Made by a program: the position numbers and the translations under genes
From: Anaerolineae bacterium
GTDB lineage: Bacteria; Chloroflexota; Anaerolineae; Epilineales; JAHCIE01
Direction: 5' to 3'
Length of the DNA stretch: 58,737 nt
Assembly (NCBI GenBank): GCA_026129165.1
Contig: JAHCIP010000003.1
Coordinates: 1-58,737 of the forward strand
Part shown: piece after piece, positions 7,514 through 17,455 of the stretch
Layout of the letters: every line of letters begins with the position of its first letter
How positions within the stretch are numbered: the first letter of the stretch is position 1
The notes under the pieces: generated by a model
The model's database searches: none
Told to the model about the DNA's origin: nothing
What the model saw: the letters and a program-made list of their open reading frames with translations, nothing else

Positions 7514-7960
7514 TTACGAAGCACGTTTCACTCGTTGAAACCCGAGGCTCTCCGCCACACGCTGCATGGCGTGGTTGTCGTGGGCCGTGCTACATCTAGC
7601 CCGCTGGCCCGCATCCAGAATCGCCGCTGTTACAAAGGACACCACAGCTTTGGCATAGCCGCGTCCCCGCGCCTCCGGCCGCGTGTACACCTGCCAGACC
7701 TCCCCCACCGGGCCGGGACAGCGCAGGGCCGCGGCCAGCGCCTGTATCTGGCCGCCCAGAATCACGGCCGCATACTGAAAGCCCAGCGCCTGCGCCGCCA
7801 GCCAACTCTCTGGCGTCGTGGCCGGCCAGGGCGCTGCGGCAGGCCAGACGGCGCGGACCAGCGGGTAATCCGCCTCCGCCAGCCAGCGCACGGGATCACC
7901 CCCATACGGTCGAAAGTCGGACGGGGCGCACTCGTACTCAATATAGGGTAGAGAGGACAT
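7514..7960 (-). CDS. GNAT family N-acetyltransferase
   Basis: 148-aa ORF with an acetyl-CoA motif A-like RGRGYAKAV and a C-terminal GFQRV. Confidence 0.75.
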   Translation of the reverse strand: MSSLPYIEYECAPSDFRPYGGDPVRWLAEADYPLVRAVWPAAAPWPATTPESWLAAQALGFQYAAVILGGQIQALAAALRCPGPVGEVWQVYTRPEARGRGYAKAVVSFVTAAILDAGQRARCSTAHDNHAMQRVAESLGFQRVKRAS

Positions 7961-7992
7961 GCCGGTCCTACGCGCCGACTGCGCTCAGCCTC

Positions 7993-8223
7993 TTACTCCG
8001 TCAGGACGAGTTCGAAGTTCGAGTTGAACTTCTTCAGGTTGGGCAGAGATTTGCCCTGCCACGGGATAGACTTACTCCCGCGCACCACCAACTGCACGTC
8101 CCCCTTTTTGCGTGTGGCAATCGCAAACTTGTAGAGCACGTTGATGCCAGAGCTATTCAGGAAGTTCAAGGCCCTCACATCCAGTGTGATTCGACGCGGC
8201 TCTGTCAGCAACACCTTGTCCAT
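7993..8223 (-). CDS. STAS-like / slr1659 (SiaC, DUF1987)-like regulator; N-terminus unresolved
   Basis: The ORF contains ITLDVRALNFLNSSGINVLYKFAIATRKKG. The same frame stays open upstream to ~8287 (SGTYFEGILRLGGPQEYQPIEDL) without a start codon, which suggests an indel at the junction with the upstream ORF. Confidence 0.45.
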   Translation of the reverse strand: MDKVLLTEPRRITLDVRALNFLNSSGINVLYKFAIATRKKGDVQLVVRGSKSIPWQGKSLPNLKKFNSNFELVLTE

Positions 8224-8669
8224 CAGGTCTTCGATGGGTTGATACTCCTGCGGCCCGCCAAGGCGCAGGATGCCCTCAAAGTATGTCCCAGATCAGCAGT
8301 TATGAGGGTTCTGAAGCGCTCGCGTAGGCCGGGAACCGCAGCGCTTAGGACTTGATTACTAATATGGCATAGGAAGTCTGCGCCGGCGACCCCCACCGCC
8401 AGCGTGATGAGGCCGCTGTGGTTGTATTTCACCGCGTTCTCCAGCCCTTCGTTGACGACAAAGCGGATGACGTCCGCGCCGGCTGCCGGCTCGCACAGCC
8501 GCGCCCGCCATTCCGGCTCGCTGAATAGCGCCTGGTAATACGCGGCGATAAAGTCTGCGCTGCCCTGGCAGAGACGCCACGCCGTAGCGGCGGAGCAGGA
8601 GGGAAGCGTCAAAGCGATGTGCGGTAAGAAAGTAGTCTCTAAACAGAAGTCGCCAACGATGTCGCTCAT
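8223..8669 (-). CDS. HATPase-like (SiaB / slr1658-like) putative partner-switching kinase; C-terminus unresolved
   Basis: It has an N-box-like NEGLENAVKYN. The last ~20 codons (HTLRASCALAGRRSINPSKT) look out of frame. Confidence 0.4.
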   Translation of the reverse strand: MSDIVGDFCLETTFLPHIALTLPSCSAATAWRLCQGSADFIAAYYQALFSEPEWRARLCEPAAGADVIRFVVNEGLENAVKYNHSGLITLAVGVAGADFLCHISNQVLSAAVPGLRERFRTLITADLGHTLRASCALAGRRSINPSKT

Positions 8670-8693
8670 ACAGCACCTCGTTGACTCGATAGG

Positions 8694-9653
8694 CTACACC
8701 CGCCAGGCGAGCGTGGCTTGACTGAGCGCCTCTCGCTCATCCGCGGTGAGACGGAACGCGAGCGCGCCGGCATTGTCGGCGGCCTGCTTGCCATTCTTCG
8801 CGCCGGGGATAGGCAATACACTCTCGTCTTCGATCAACCAGCGGAGAGCGACCTGCGAGGGCGTTTTGTCGTAGCGGGCGCCAATCTGGCGTAAGAGCGC
8901 CACGACCGGCTGCACCGCCTCGATGCCTCGGCCTCTGAAGTTGGGCGCGAAGCGCCGGAAGCCGGTCGCGCGGGTCGCGGCCGAGTACTTGCCCGTGAGC
9001 GCGCCCATCGCCAGCGGCGAGTAGGCGATGAGGGTGATGCCCAACTCGCGACAGGCATCCAACACGCCATCCACTTCCGGCTTCCGATACAGCAGCGAGT
9101 ATTGGACCTGGTTGGAAGCGAGTGGGATGCCCCGCTTCGCCAGCGCCGCGTGGGCGAGACGGAGTTGCGCGGCGGAATAGTTACTCACCCCGACCGCTTT
9201 CACCTTGCCCGCCTCCACCGCATCCGCCAAGAGGTTCATCAGCTTCGGAATGGACATCCAGGGCACGGGGAAGTGAATTTGATACAGGTCAATCGCGGCG
9301 CGTTGCAGGCGAGCCAGGCTGTGGTCAAGTTCGCTGGGCAGGCGGTTGGCCCGGGTAAAGGGGCTGGGCGGGAACTTGGTGGCGATCAGTACATCCTTTC
9401 CACGCGCGAGTTCGCCCACGCGCCGCTCCGACGCGCCGTTACTGTACATGGCGGCGGTGTCAATCAGGTTGACGCCGGCCGCCAGACTCGCCTCCAGCGC
9501 TCGTTCCTCCTCCACCCCACTCTCCGAGGGGCCGTAGGCCATCTGGGCCGGGTTCAACCGCGCCATCCCTGTCGGTTTACCCCATGTCATCGCGCCAAGA
9601 CCCAATCGCGAGACTTGCACACTGGTGCGACCTAAGGGGGTTGTTTGAGTCAT
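8694..9653 (-). CDS. aldo/keto reductase
   Basis: Typical AKR N-terminus: MTQTTPLGRTSVQVSRLGLGAMTWG. I prefer the start at 9653 so that the upstream gene end (9683) is not overlapped. Confidence 0.85.
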   Translation of the reverse strand: MTQTTPLGRTSVQVSRLGLGAMTWGKPTGMARLNPAQMAYGPSESGVEEERALEASLAAGVNLIDTAAMYSNGASERRVGELARGKDVLIATKFPPSPFTRANRLPSELDHSLARLQRAAIDLYQIHFPVPWMSIPKLMNLLADAVEAGKVKAVGVSNYSAAQLRLAHAALAKRGIPLASNQVQYSLLYRKPEVDGVLDACRELGITLIAYSPLAMGALTGKYSAATRATGFRRFAPNFRGRGIEAVQPVVALLRQIGARYDKTPSQVALRWLIEDESVLPIPGAKNGKQAADNAGALAFRLTADEREALSQATLAWRV

Positions 9654-9682
9654 CGCCCTATCCTTTCTGCCGGATGTCGGCC

Positions 9683-10684
9683 TCATCTCGCCGTGAGCCA
9701 CTCAATGAGGCGCGGGTAGACGACCTCGATGTTCTGGGCCGGTTGCAGCGGGTCAATCAGGTCGTGGTCGAGGCGCAGATCAGCCGGGAACTCATAGGTG
9801 ACCAGGTTGGCGCCCCTGGCCTGCCATATCTCGACCACCTGCCTGGTCAACTCGTTATTGACCGAGTGATCACTCGCGTTGGTCACGACAATAAGTTTGG
9901 CGGCCGCGGGCTTCGCGCGTCGCGCCTCAGCTTGTGTGGCAAACCCGAGGCGCAGCGCCTGGACGAGGGCATGCCGCGAATAGCGGGGGTAGGCGTGGGG
10001 GATGCCGCCCACGTCCTTGTTGACCGGGTCCCACCACTCAAACGCATCGGGCAAGAAGGTGTACACGTTCATCACCGCCGCCGTCAAGGGGGTCGGGACC
10101 TGTTCAAAGCCAAAGGCCGGCGAGATCATCATCGCCAGGTCGAGATCGGCCCGATTTTGGGCCGCCCACGCGGTGGTTACACCGCCCGCGGACAGCCCCA
10201 TCATACTCACGTGCTCGCCCAATCCCTGCCCAATATCCACCACCTCGTCGGCATAGCGGACCAGTTCTTCCGCCGTCAGTTGACCGTGCTCGGCGGTCAT
10301 GCGGTCGGCGAGACCATGATGGGGGAGCGGCGCGATGAGGACATTATAGCCCAAATCGAAGAACCGTTCACCTAAGGCGTGGAACTGTTGGGGGCAGGTC
10401 GTATAGCCATGAACCAGCACAATGGCCCGTTCCACCTGACGGTTGTGCGTCATAAACTGGAACCGGCAGACCGGGTTCATGGCCGCCGGCTCCGCGGCGC
10501 GCAGACCTTCGATGCGCTGGACCGCTTCTGCGTAGGTCTGCGTCGGGCGCGGGCGCGAGGCCAAATTCGAGATACCCCAGGGCTGGAGTAGCAGGACCCC
10601 CAGGCCCACCACGAGCGCAAGAATCAGTAGCGCCATCTGACCCCTCTGTATATCATTCGTGAGCCTGACCTGTGACATAGCCAC
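9683..10684 (-). CDS. alpha/beta hydrolase with an N-terminal membrane anchor
   Basis: Contains VLVHGYT, a nucleophile elbow GLSAGG, and an N-terminal hydrophobic helix. Confidence 0.75.
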   Translation of the reverse strand: MAMSQVRLTNDIQRGQMALLILALVVGLGVLLLQPWGISNLASRPRPTQTYAEAVQRIEGLRAAEPAAMNPVCRFQFMTHNRQVERAIVLVHGYTTCPQQFHALGERFFDLGYNVLIAPLPHHGLADRMTAEHGQLTAEELVRYADEVVDIGQGLGEHVSMMGLSAGGVTTAWAAQNRADLDLAMMISPAFGFEQVPTPLTAAVMNVYTFLPDAFEWWDPVNKDVGGIPHAYPRYSRHALVQALRLGFATQAEARRAKPAAAKLIVVTNASDHSVNNELTRQVVEIWQARGANLVTYEFPADLRLDHDLIDPLQPAQNIEVVYPRLIEWLTAR

Positions 10685-10855
10685 CTCTTTGCTGCCGACA
10701 CCCCCTCATACTTGTACTGTACTTAGCGTGGCGGTGTGGCTCGTTGTCACGCGAGAAAGGCTATTGTGGAAGAGATAGGCGCTCGGCGTAGCCGGGGCTA
10801 CTCCGGGTAACCTCCCTAAGGGTTCAACCCTTCGGGAGGTTGTTCCAACAGAAGT

Positions 10856-12046
10856 TTAGAACGTCACCGGGAGGCTGCGCAAGCCGCGCAGGGTCAGGTT
10901 GTCGCGGTACTCAATGGGACCAGCGTCGAGCGCCAGGCGAGGCAGGCGGCGGAGCAGCGTGCCAATGGCGATCTGGCCTTCCAGCCGCGCCAGGGGCGCG
11001 CCGAGGCAGTAGTGGATACCCTTGCCGAAGGCCAGGTGGGGGTTGGGGTCACGGCTGATGTCGAGACGCTGCGGATCGGCAAAACGCTCTGGGTCGTGGT
11101 TGGCCGACCCCAGGAGGAAGGCGACCGTCTGGCCGGGGGGGATGGCCTGGCCGCGCACTTCGATGCGGTCCAGGGCCATCCGTGAGGTCAGTTGCACCGG
11201 GCTGTCGTAGCGCAGCAGCTCTTCGACAGCGGTTTCGATTAGCTTTGGCTGCTCCCGCAGCCGCCGCAGTTGGTCGGGGTGGCGCAGCAGGGCCAGGACG
11301 CCGTTGCCGATGAGGTTGATGGTCGTCTCGTGGCCGGCGACGAGCAAGAGGGCGCACGTGGCGTAGAGTTCGTCTTCGCTCAGGCGTCCGCCCGCTTCCT
11401 CGGCCTGGATGAGCGCCGTGAGCAGGTCGGGGCCTGGCTCGCGGCGGCGGCGGGCGATGATCTCGCGCAGATAGTCGGTCAGGGCCACCGCCGACCGGCC
11501 CGCGCGGTTATAGACCTCTGGCTCATCCGTCAGGTCCAGGCTGCGGGCCAGGTCGTCGGACCAGACGTGAAACTGGTGGTGATCCTGGGGCGGGATGCCC
11601 AACATCTCAGCGATGACGGTGACGGGCAAGGGATAGGCGAGGGCGGCGACCAGGTCGGCCTGGCCATCCCTCTGGACCGCGTCGAGCAAGCGGTCGGTGA
11701 TGGCCTGAACTCGCTCGCGCATTTGCTCGACGATGCGGGGCGTAAACGCCTTGTGGACCAGCCCCCGCAGGCGGGTGTGGTCAGGCGGGTTCTTGACCAG
11801 CATCCAGTGGGACTGCATGTCGAACAGGGGGCGCTGCTCGTCAGGCGCGGCGAAGGTCATCTCGCCATGTCCGAGACGAGCGTCGCGCAGCAGGGTGTTG
11901 CAGTCGTCGTAGCGGCTAAGAAACCAGATGCCCCAGGCCGGCCAGTAGAAGACGGGCGCGGCCTGGCGCAGCAGGTCGTAGTAGGGGTAGGGGTTGGCCC
12001 GAAAGTCGGGCGAGCGCGGGTCGAACCCGCCGGACGGCATGGTCAT
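10856..12046 (-). CDS. cytochrome P450
   Basis: Has the heme-binding loop FGKGIHYCLGAPLAR, ExxR (ELLR) and an I-helix LLLVAGHETT. Confidence 0.9.
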   Translation of the reverse strand: MTMPSGGFDPRSPDFRANPYPYYDLLRQAAPVFYWPAWGIWFLSRYDDCNTLLRDARLGHGEMTFAAPDEQRPLFDMQSHWMLVKNPPDHTRLRGLVHKAFTPRIVEQMRERVQAITDRLLDAVQRDGQADLVAALAYPLPVTVIAEMLGIPPQDHHQFHVWSDDLARSLDLTDEPEVYNRAGRSAVALTDYLREIIARRRREPGPDLLTALIQAEEAGGRLSEDELYATCALLLVAGHETTINLIGNGVLALLRHPDQLRRLREQPKLIETAVEELLRYDSPVQLTSRMALDRIEVRGQAIPPGQTVAFLLGSANHDPERFADPQRLDISRDPNPHLAFGKGIHYCLGAPLARLEGQIAIGTLLRRLPRLALDAGPIEYRDNLTLRGLRSLPVTF

Positions 12047-12062
12047 GGGTAGCTCAGTGTGA

Positions 12063-12347
12063 TTAGCCCTTCAAGCGGTCACGGACGGCCTGGATAATCG
12101 TCTCGTGTTCAGGGAAGCCGCCTTCGCGGTACATGGAGTGGACGAGGTCGCCGTTGATGACCACATCAAACGCCCCCTCTTCCCAGGGAATCAACTCGAT
12201 GCCGGCCAGGTCATAGGTGAAGGCGTGCATCAGGGCCGAAGTCAGGGCAAGGGTCTGCGGTTCATAGCCGCACGCGGCGCAGTAGACGATGCTGACTTTG
12301 ACGGGCTGGCGTTCGCCCGAAGTATTAGGCGCGGAGGACTGAGCCAT
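12063..12347 (-). CDS. Rdx (SelW/SelT/SelH-like) family redox protein
   Basis: 94 aa, with VSIVYCAACGYEPQ (a CxxC near the N-terminus) and an overall Rdx-like pattern. Confidence 0.7.
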   Translation of the reverse strand: MAQSSAPNTSGERQPVKVSIVYCAACGYEPQTLALTSALMHAFTYDLAGIELIPWEEGAFDVVINGDLVHSMYREGGFPEHETIIQAVRDRLKG

Positions 12348-12353
12348 CTTGCC

Positions 12354-12971
12354 TCACAAGGCTGTCGGCGCCAGGGCGCGGCTGAGCAGGTCGCGGATTT
12401 CGCAGATCACTTCCTGGTTGGCGCGGTCGCGGGTCTGGGCGCGGAACTCGGCGTTGGCCTGCATCAGCCGGGTGCGGGCGGCGTCGGTAAGTTGAGCGGG
12501 CGAGGCGGTGCGAGGGATACCGGCCAGTTCGGGCGCGGTGGCGTACAAGTCGGTGAGCATCCCTTCCCGCCACTCGGTGATGATAGCGGGGCGCTCAATC
12601 CAGTGACCTAGCTCGCGGAAGTTCTGGTCAAAAAAGACAATGGTTGGAATCGAGCGGTGGACGCCTCGGTTGAGATGCTGGTCCATAATGTCGAGGTTCT
12701 GGTCACGCAGGAAGAAGCGCAGGTTGAGCTTGCCGGTCGCCTCGGCCGCCTTGACCACCACCGGCACGTTGTTGAGGACGTCGCCGCACCAATCCTCCAC
12801 CAGCGCCAGGGCGTTAATCGGCTCCGCCAGGTTGGCGAAGAACTCGGTATCTTCCGGGCGAAGATGGACGGCTTGCTCGTTGTCTTCGAGACGGTCGCGG
12901 TTGCGCGTCATCTGGGCTTTATAGGCTGCGTAGGTCATACCCTGCTCGAAACGTTCACGTGTCACACTCAT
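12354..12971 (-). CDS. thioredoxin-fold family protein
   Basis: Contains VEDWCGDVLNNVP and IPTIVFFD. I prefer the start at the internal ATG (MSVTRERF). Confidence 0.7.
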   Translation of the reverse strand: MSVTRERFEQGMTYAAYKAQMTRNRDRLEDNEQAVHLRPEDTEFFANLAEPINALALVEDWCGDVLNNVPVVVKAAEATGKLNLRFFLRDQNLDIMDQHLNRGVHRSIPTIVFFDQNFRELGHWIERPAIITEWREGMLTDLYATAPELAGIPRTASPAQLTDAARTRLMQANAEFRAQTRDRANQEVICEIRDLLSRALAPTAL

Positions 12972-13105
12972 GGAAACCTCTCTGTCTAGGGGGGATAGAC
13001 ACATCCGGCATCCCGGCCCCTCGCTCAGGACGCCCGGCGGATGATGACTCATATAATATATGAGTACCCCAAGTTAGCACAACTTTCCCCACAGGAGACC
13101 CTCCC

Positions 13106-13921
13106 ATGCCTAACAGCACTATCTGCCTCACGTTTGACTTCGATGCGATGTCCGTCTGGTTTGGCTACTCCACTGTCACCCCGGCTATGCTCTATCGGGG
13201 CGAGTACGGTGCGAATGTCGGCGTCCCGCGCGTGCTCGACCTGCTCCGCCGCTACGACCTGCGGGCGACGTTCTTTATCCCCGGCCACACCATCGACTCG
13301 TTCCCGGAAGTGGTGGCGACGGTTCTAGAAGCGGGCCACGAGGTCGCGCATCACTCGTATGCCCATGTGGACCCTAGCCAGCAGACGCCCGACGAGGAGC
13401 GGCGCGATATGGAACGGGCGCTGACCAGCCTGGAACAGGTCGGCGTGAAACCGCTGGGGTTCCGCTCGCCCTCGGCCGACTTCTCCAGCGCGACGCTTGG
13501 CCTGCTGGAGGAGTACGGCTTCCAGTACGATTCCAGCCTGATGGCCGACGACTTTCGGCCTTACCACCCTCGCCTGGGCGACCAGGTGACGCAGCAGACG
13601 CCGCTGGTCAAGGGCCGGCCGGCGCGGCTCTGGGAATTGCCCATGTCGTTTGAGTTCGATGACTGGGTCCATTTCCAGTTCAACTTCAACCCCTACCGCA
13701 ACGGGACCTCCGCGCCGAGTAAGGTGCTCGAAATCTGGACCGCCGACCTGGACTGGATGCACACCCACCTGGACGGCGGCATCCTGACCGTCGCCATGCA
13801 CCCGCAGGTAATCGGTCGCGGCCACCGCATCGCCATGCTGGAGCAGTTCATCCAGCACGGCCTGCGCCACTCCAATGTCCGCTTCGAGCGCATGGGGGAT
13901 GTGGCGCAGCGGTTGGGCTAG
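13106..13921 (+). CDS. polysaccharide deacetylase (NodB homology) family protein
   Basis: Contains LTFDFD, FFIPGH and HSYAH metal-binding-type motifs. Confidence 0.8.
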   Translation: MPNSTICLTFDFDAMSVWFGYSTVTPAMLYRGEYGANVGVPRVLDLLRRYDLRATFFIPGHTIDSFPEVVATVLEAGHEVAHHSYAHVDPSQQTPDEERRDMERALTSLEQVGVKPLGFRSPSADFSSATLGLLEEYGFQYDSSLMADDFRPYHPRLGDQVTQQTPLVKGRPARLWELPMSFEFDDWVHFQFNFNPYRNGTSAPSKVLEIWTADLDWMHTHLDGGILTVAMHPQVIGRGHRIAMLEQFIQHGLRHSNVRFERMGDVAQRLG

Positions 13922-14024
13922 TGCTGCGCGTGTTTAGCATGGCCGGGGGTGGCGTATGCGCTGGAGGGGGCGCAATGCTGCCACTCGACCAGATGATGCG
14001 CGAGTTAGCGCTCTTGCCTGATAC

Positions 14025-14930
14025 TCAAGATGGTTGATGCAGCCAGTCGAAGACGACGCGCAGAACGCCGGGGTCGAGAATATAGGCGGTGTGGCCGAGG
14101 CGGGTTCCGCGTTCGAGGTTGTAGGGCAGGTTGTCGGCGCCTTCGAGACGGGGCGAGAGGGGCGTGGCGTTGAAGGATACCTGCCCTGTCCCATCGTAGA
14201 CGGCTAGGGCGCGGACGCCGGGTGGGACCTCCGGCGGCGTGTTGAGGTCGGCCAGCCAGGGGCTGCCAACGGCGAAGTCCTGGTTGAAGCGCGACCAGCC
14301 CGTGGACGACCGCTCCTCGCGCAGCCACTTCTCCTGAACCCCGTGATGCGGGCTGTCCAGGGTGACGAGACAGCGCACGAGCCGGGCGTTGTCGCCCTGG
14401 CGCAGCCACTGGCGGGCGAGCACGCCGCCCATGCTGTGGCAGACCAGGTCCACCTGGGTGATAGAGGGGTTGCGCCGCTGGACGTAGCGCAGGACTTCGC
14501 GGACGAAGGCGTCCAGGTCAGGTAGGTTCTCATCCACGCTGTCGTCGGTGGTCTCCACCCCGTTCGAATCCACGTGCCGCGCCCCGCCCCAGCCATAGGT
14601 CAGCGCCCACAATTCATCGGGCGTGTAGCCCCACAGGCGGAAGAGCAGACGGGCGCTGCCAAAGTTCCAGGCCGCGCCCGTCGTGCCGTGCACAAAGATG
14701 ACGGGCGGCTGGGTCACGCCGCCGCCACCGCCGCCCCAGCCTCCGACGCGCACCGGCCGGCCGAGGACGCGCGTCTTCTCGGCGTCCAGCGGCGTCTCAA
14801 ACTCGGCCGGTAGTTGATGTAAGAAGCGGAAGTACCAGGCGAGGCTGCTCCCGGCCAGGAGGGTGATGCCGATTATGGTGAGAGCCGCGCGAGCGAGGGG
14901 CGAGCGATTGGGGAAAGATAGGCGAGCCAT
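14025..14930 (-). CDS. secreted/anchored lipase-like alpha/beta hydrolase
   Basis: Has an N-terminal TM helix, VFVHGTTG, and a nucleophile elbow CHSMGG. Confidence 0.7.
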   Translation of the reverse strand: MARLSFPNRSPLARAALTIIGITLLAGSSLAWYFRFLHQLPAEFETPLDAEKTRVLGRPVRVGGWGGGGGGVTQPPVIFVHGTTGAAWNFGSARLLFRLWGYTPDELWALTYGWGGARHVDSNGVETTDDSVDENLPDLDAFVREVLRYVQRRNPSITQVDLVCHSMGGVLARQWLRQGDNARLVRCLVTLDSPHHGVQEKWLREERSSTGWSRFNQDFAVGSPWLADLNTPPEVPPGVRALAVYDGTGQVSFNATPLSPRLEGADNLPYNLERGTRLGHTAYILDPGVLRVVFDWLHQPS

Positions 14931-14991
14931 CGTAGAGGGGGCTTTCAGGTAGAGTGGAGGATGGGACCGAGTTACTATGTCGCAAGGCCCT

Positions 14992-15124
14992 TTCGACTGT
15001 CACCCTTCGCTTCGCTCAGGGTCTCACTGCTGCACAGAGCCTCTGACTGTCATCCCGAACGTAGTGAGGGATCTGCTCTGGAGGTGTTGTCAGAGCAGAT
15101 CCTTCGCTTCGCTCAGGATGACCC
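14992..15124. repeat. compound MITE/REP-like palindromic element (ILRFAQDD-type when translated)
   Basis: A partial copy ttcgactgtcacccttcgcttcgctcaggg is followed by a palindrome: gtcatcccgaacgtagtgagggatctgctctg / cagagcagatccttcgcttcgctcaggatgac. It is homologous to 5113-5199. Confidence 0.6.
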
Positions 15125-15180
15125 TTCAAGGGGGTCTTGGTTTGAGTATGGGAAAGTGGAGGGCGTCACAGCCTCTGTCG

Positions 15181-15804
15181 TTACGGCTTGGGCGTGGCCG
15201 AGGCTTCTGGTGTGGCCGTCGGGGTGTAGGTCGCCTCTGGCGGCAGGACGGTGAGGCCGGGGGTAGGCGTCGGTTGGATGGGTGGATTGGCGATAAGGCC
15301 CGCCGCCCCGCTGACAGCCAGCGTCGAAATCGTATAAATCGAGCCGTCGTCCGCCTGGATGTAGTACGCCGACTTGTCCGGCGTCTGGTCGCCTACCTTG
15401 AGCGTCTTCTGAGCCGCGGCCGTGGTCAGCGTGATGGTAAAGGCGGGCTTCTCCAGCGCCAGGTCGGCCAGGTTGACGTCCTTCGCTTCGAGCTTGCGGG
15501 TGGCACGTGTCTCGACCACCTGGCGCACGATGCCATCCAGCCGCGTCGTATCGCCCGGCGCCTGGGTCGGCGCGACCAGCTTCCAGTCGCCGCCCTCGTG
15601 GGTCGCCTCGACCGTCTTGCCGTCCTTGTCCGTCACCTTGAGCCTCGTCACGTCGGCTGCCTTGAGGTCCAGCACCTGGACCGACTGGTTGCTGGCCGTC
15701 TTGGACGCATCCTGCGACGTATCCCGCCGCCCCTCGGTAAAGTACACCCCGGCTACGACGGCTATCGCAATCACAACCAGAATGAGTGTGTTTCGGAAAT
15801 TCAT
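15181..15804 (-). CDS. DUF4340-like protein with an N-terminal anchor and a Pro/Thr-rich tail
   Basis: 207 aa, with a TM helix, located immediately downstream of the GldG-like gene, as is usual for DUF4340. Confidence 0.6.
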   Translation of the reverse strand: MNFRNTLILVVIAIAVVAGVYFTEGRRDTSQDASKTASNQSVQVLDLKAADVTRLKVTDKDGKTVEATHEGGDWKLVAPTQAPGDTTRLDGIVRQVVETRATRKLEAKDVNLADLALEKPAFTITLTTAAAQKTLKVGDQTPDKSAYYIQADDGSIYTISTLAVSGAAGLIANPPIQPTPTPGLTVLPPEATYTPTATPEASATPKP

Positions 15805-15835
15805 AGCTTAATCCTCGACGAAGGACCAATAACGG

Positions 15836-15890
15836 ATGACGCATCACGCATCACGCCGTCCGTCTTTCGTTCTTGGTCTTTGGTCGCTCT
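15836..15890. repeat. heptamer-periodic intergenic tract
   Basis: The tract reads gatgacg catcacg catcacg ccgtccg tctttcg ttcttgg tctttgg. Confidence 0.5.
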
Positions 15891-17452
15891 TAGCGCCTCC
15901 GCCACCACACGCCCGCGCCGTAGAGGAAGACGAGGGCGGGCAGGATAAAGACGGACGACAGCAGCAGCCAACGGCTCTGGTCCGTGGTCAGGGTCACGCG
16001 GCGGTCGTCGGCGGGCTTGGGGCGGATGCCAATCAGGTCTTCCGACTGGGCCAGCCAGTTGACCCCGTTGAGGAACAGGTCAAGGTTCGCGCTGCCCTGG
16101 ACTTGCTGCAGGATGTTGTCGGCCACAAACGAGGCATTGCCTGCGACCAGCAGGCGCGTCTGCGGTTCGCCCGGCGTCGGGTTGGCGCTGCCCTTCTCCA
16201 CCGAGGCGACGATGGTCAGCGGGCCGCGCGCATCATTGCCATCGGCGCGGATCTGGAGCGTTCTTAGGCCGTTGAAGTCGGTTTCGCCCCAGCTCGACGC
16301 GCTGGTCTGAATCAGCGGCGTGACGAGTACCCCGTCTGGCGCGGGCTGGAGGATTTCCAGCGAGCGCGCGCCGGGGAAGAAGGTCAGCGCATTCTCCAGA
16401 CCGTTGGTGACGGTCGTCATCGAATACTGGGTCGTCGCTGGCGTCAGCGGGTTGCCCGCGATGGACTGCTGCGGGTCGGCGATGACATCCACGCGCGGGC
16501 GGACGCCCCACTCGGCCAGCAGGCCAATGAGCGGCTCCGGCTGCGTGGCGTTGTTGATGGGCGGGTCGAGCAGGATGGCCGCCTTGCCGCCCTGCTTGAG
16601 GTAGTCGCGCACCAGCTTAACCTCGGCATCGCTGAACGGCTTCTGCGGGCTGGCGATGACCAGCGCCGTCGCATCAGTCGGAATGGTATTGCTAATCGCC
16701 AGGTTGACCGTGACGACCTTGTAGCCGTCGCGCAGCAAATACTGGTTGACGATGCTGTAGCCATCGTTGCGACCCGTGCCGCCCTTGGGGTCGAACTCCT
16801 GGTGGCCCGTGGTGAAATAGATCACCCGTTCCTTGTCCTGCGTCAACTTGATAAGGGCGCTGGTGATGCTCTGCTCGTCGGTCGAGATGATGGTCTGGCG
16901 CTTGTCGCCCGACGTCAGTACAATCGACGGGCCGGTGATGCCAGCCTGGCGCGCCGCCTGGGGCCGTGTGACCGGGTCCACCACCTCGTAGGTGATCTGG
17001 CTGGAGCGGGACGTGTACTCCTTCATCAGGTCACTGGCGCGCTGGCCCGTGTCGTCGCTCGGCTGGTAGTAGCCGACGGCCTGGATGGGCTGTTTGAGAT
17101 TCTGGAGGATGGCGATGGTCTGTTCGGACAGGCTGAATTGCTGGTTGGCCGTCAGGTCCCAGCGTTTGTTGTAGCGTTGCGACAGGAACGCGCCGGACCC
17201 CAGGATGGCGGCCACCGCCAGCGTGAGCACCACGGCGTTGGAGCCATACTTCGCGCTGCGGCCCGTCAACCGCTCGCGCGTCCAGCCCGGTTCGAGGATG
17301 ATAAAAATCGCCAGCAGGGCCAGTCCGGCGGCCAGGGCGACCTGGGTGTAGGTGTCCCAGCCGCGCACGCCGAACAGGATGACGGTCGCGGCCAGGGCCA
17401 GGGCAGCCAGCCCGGCGGCAAAAACTGAATAGGGTCGAGAGAAGGCGGTCAT
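15890..17452 (-). CDS. GldG-family ABC-transporter auxiliary protein
   Basis: 520 aa with N- and C-terminal TM helices and a large periplasmic part. It sits in the order ATPase, ABC-2 permease, GldG, DUF4340. Confidence 0.8.
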   Translation of the reverse strand: MTAFSRPYSVFAAGLAALALAATVILFGVRGWDTYTQVALAAGLALLAIFIILEPGWTRERLTGRSAKYGSNAVVLTLAVAAILGSGAFLSQRYNKRWDLTANQQFSLSEQTIAILQNLKQPIQAVGYYQPSDDTGQRASDLMKEYTSRSSQITYEVVDPVTRPQAARQAGITGPSIVLTSGDKRQTIISTDEQSITSALIKLTQDKERVIYFTTGHQEFDPKGGTGRNDGYSIVNQYLLRDGYKVVTVNLAISNTIPTDATALVIASPQKPFSDAEVKLVRDYLKQGGKAAILLDPPINNATQPEPLIGLLAEWGVRPRVDVIADPQQSIAGNPLTPATTQYSMTTVTNGLENALTFFPGARSLEILQPAPDGVLVTPLIQTSASSWGETDFNGLRTLQIRADGNDARGPLTIVASVEKGSANPTPGEPQTRLLVAGNASFVADNILQQVQGSANLDLFLNGVNWLAQSEDLIGIRPKPADDRRVTLTTDQSRWLLLSSVFILPALVFLYGAGVWWRRR

Positions 17453-17455
17453 GGG

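Noticed and set aside
14545-14580. tRNA-like T-arm string (ccgttcgaatccacg).
   Set aside because: It lies inside the lipase-like CDS and has no acceptor stem, D-arm or anticodon arm around it.
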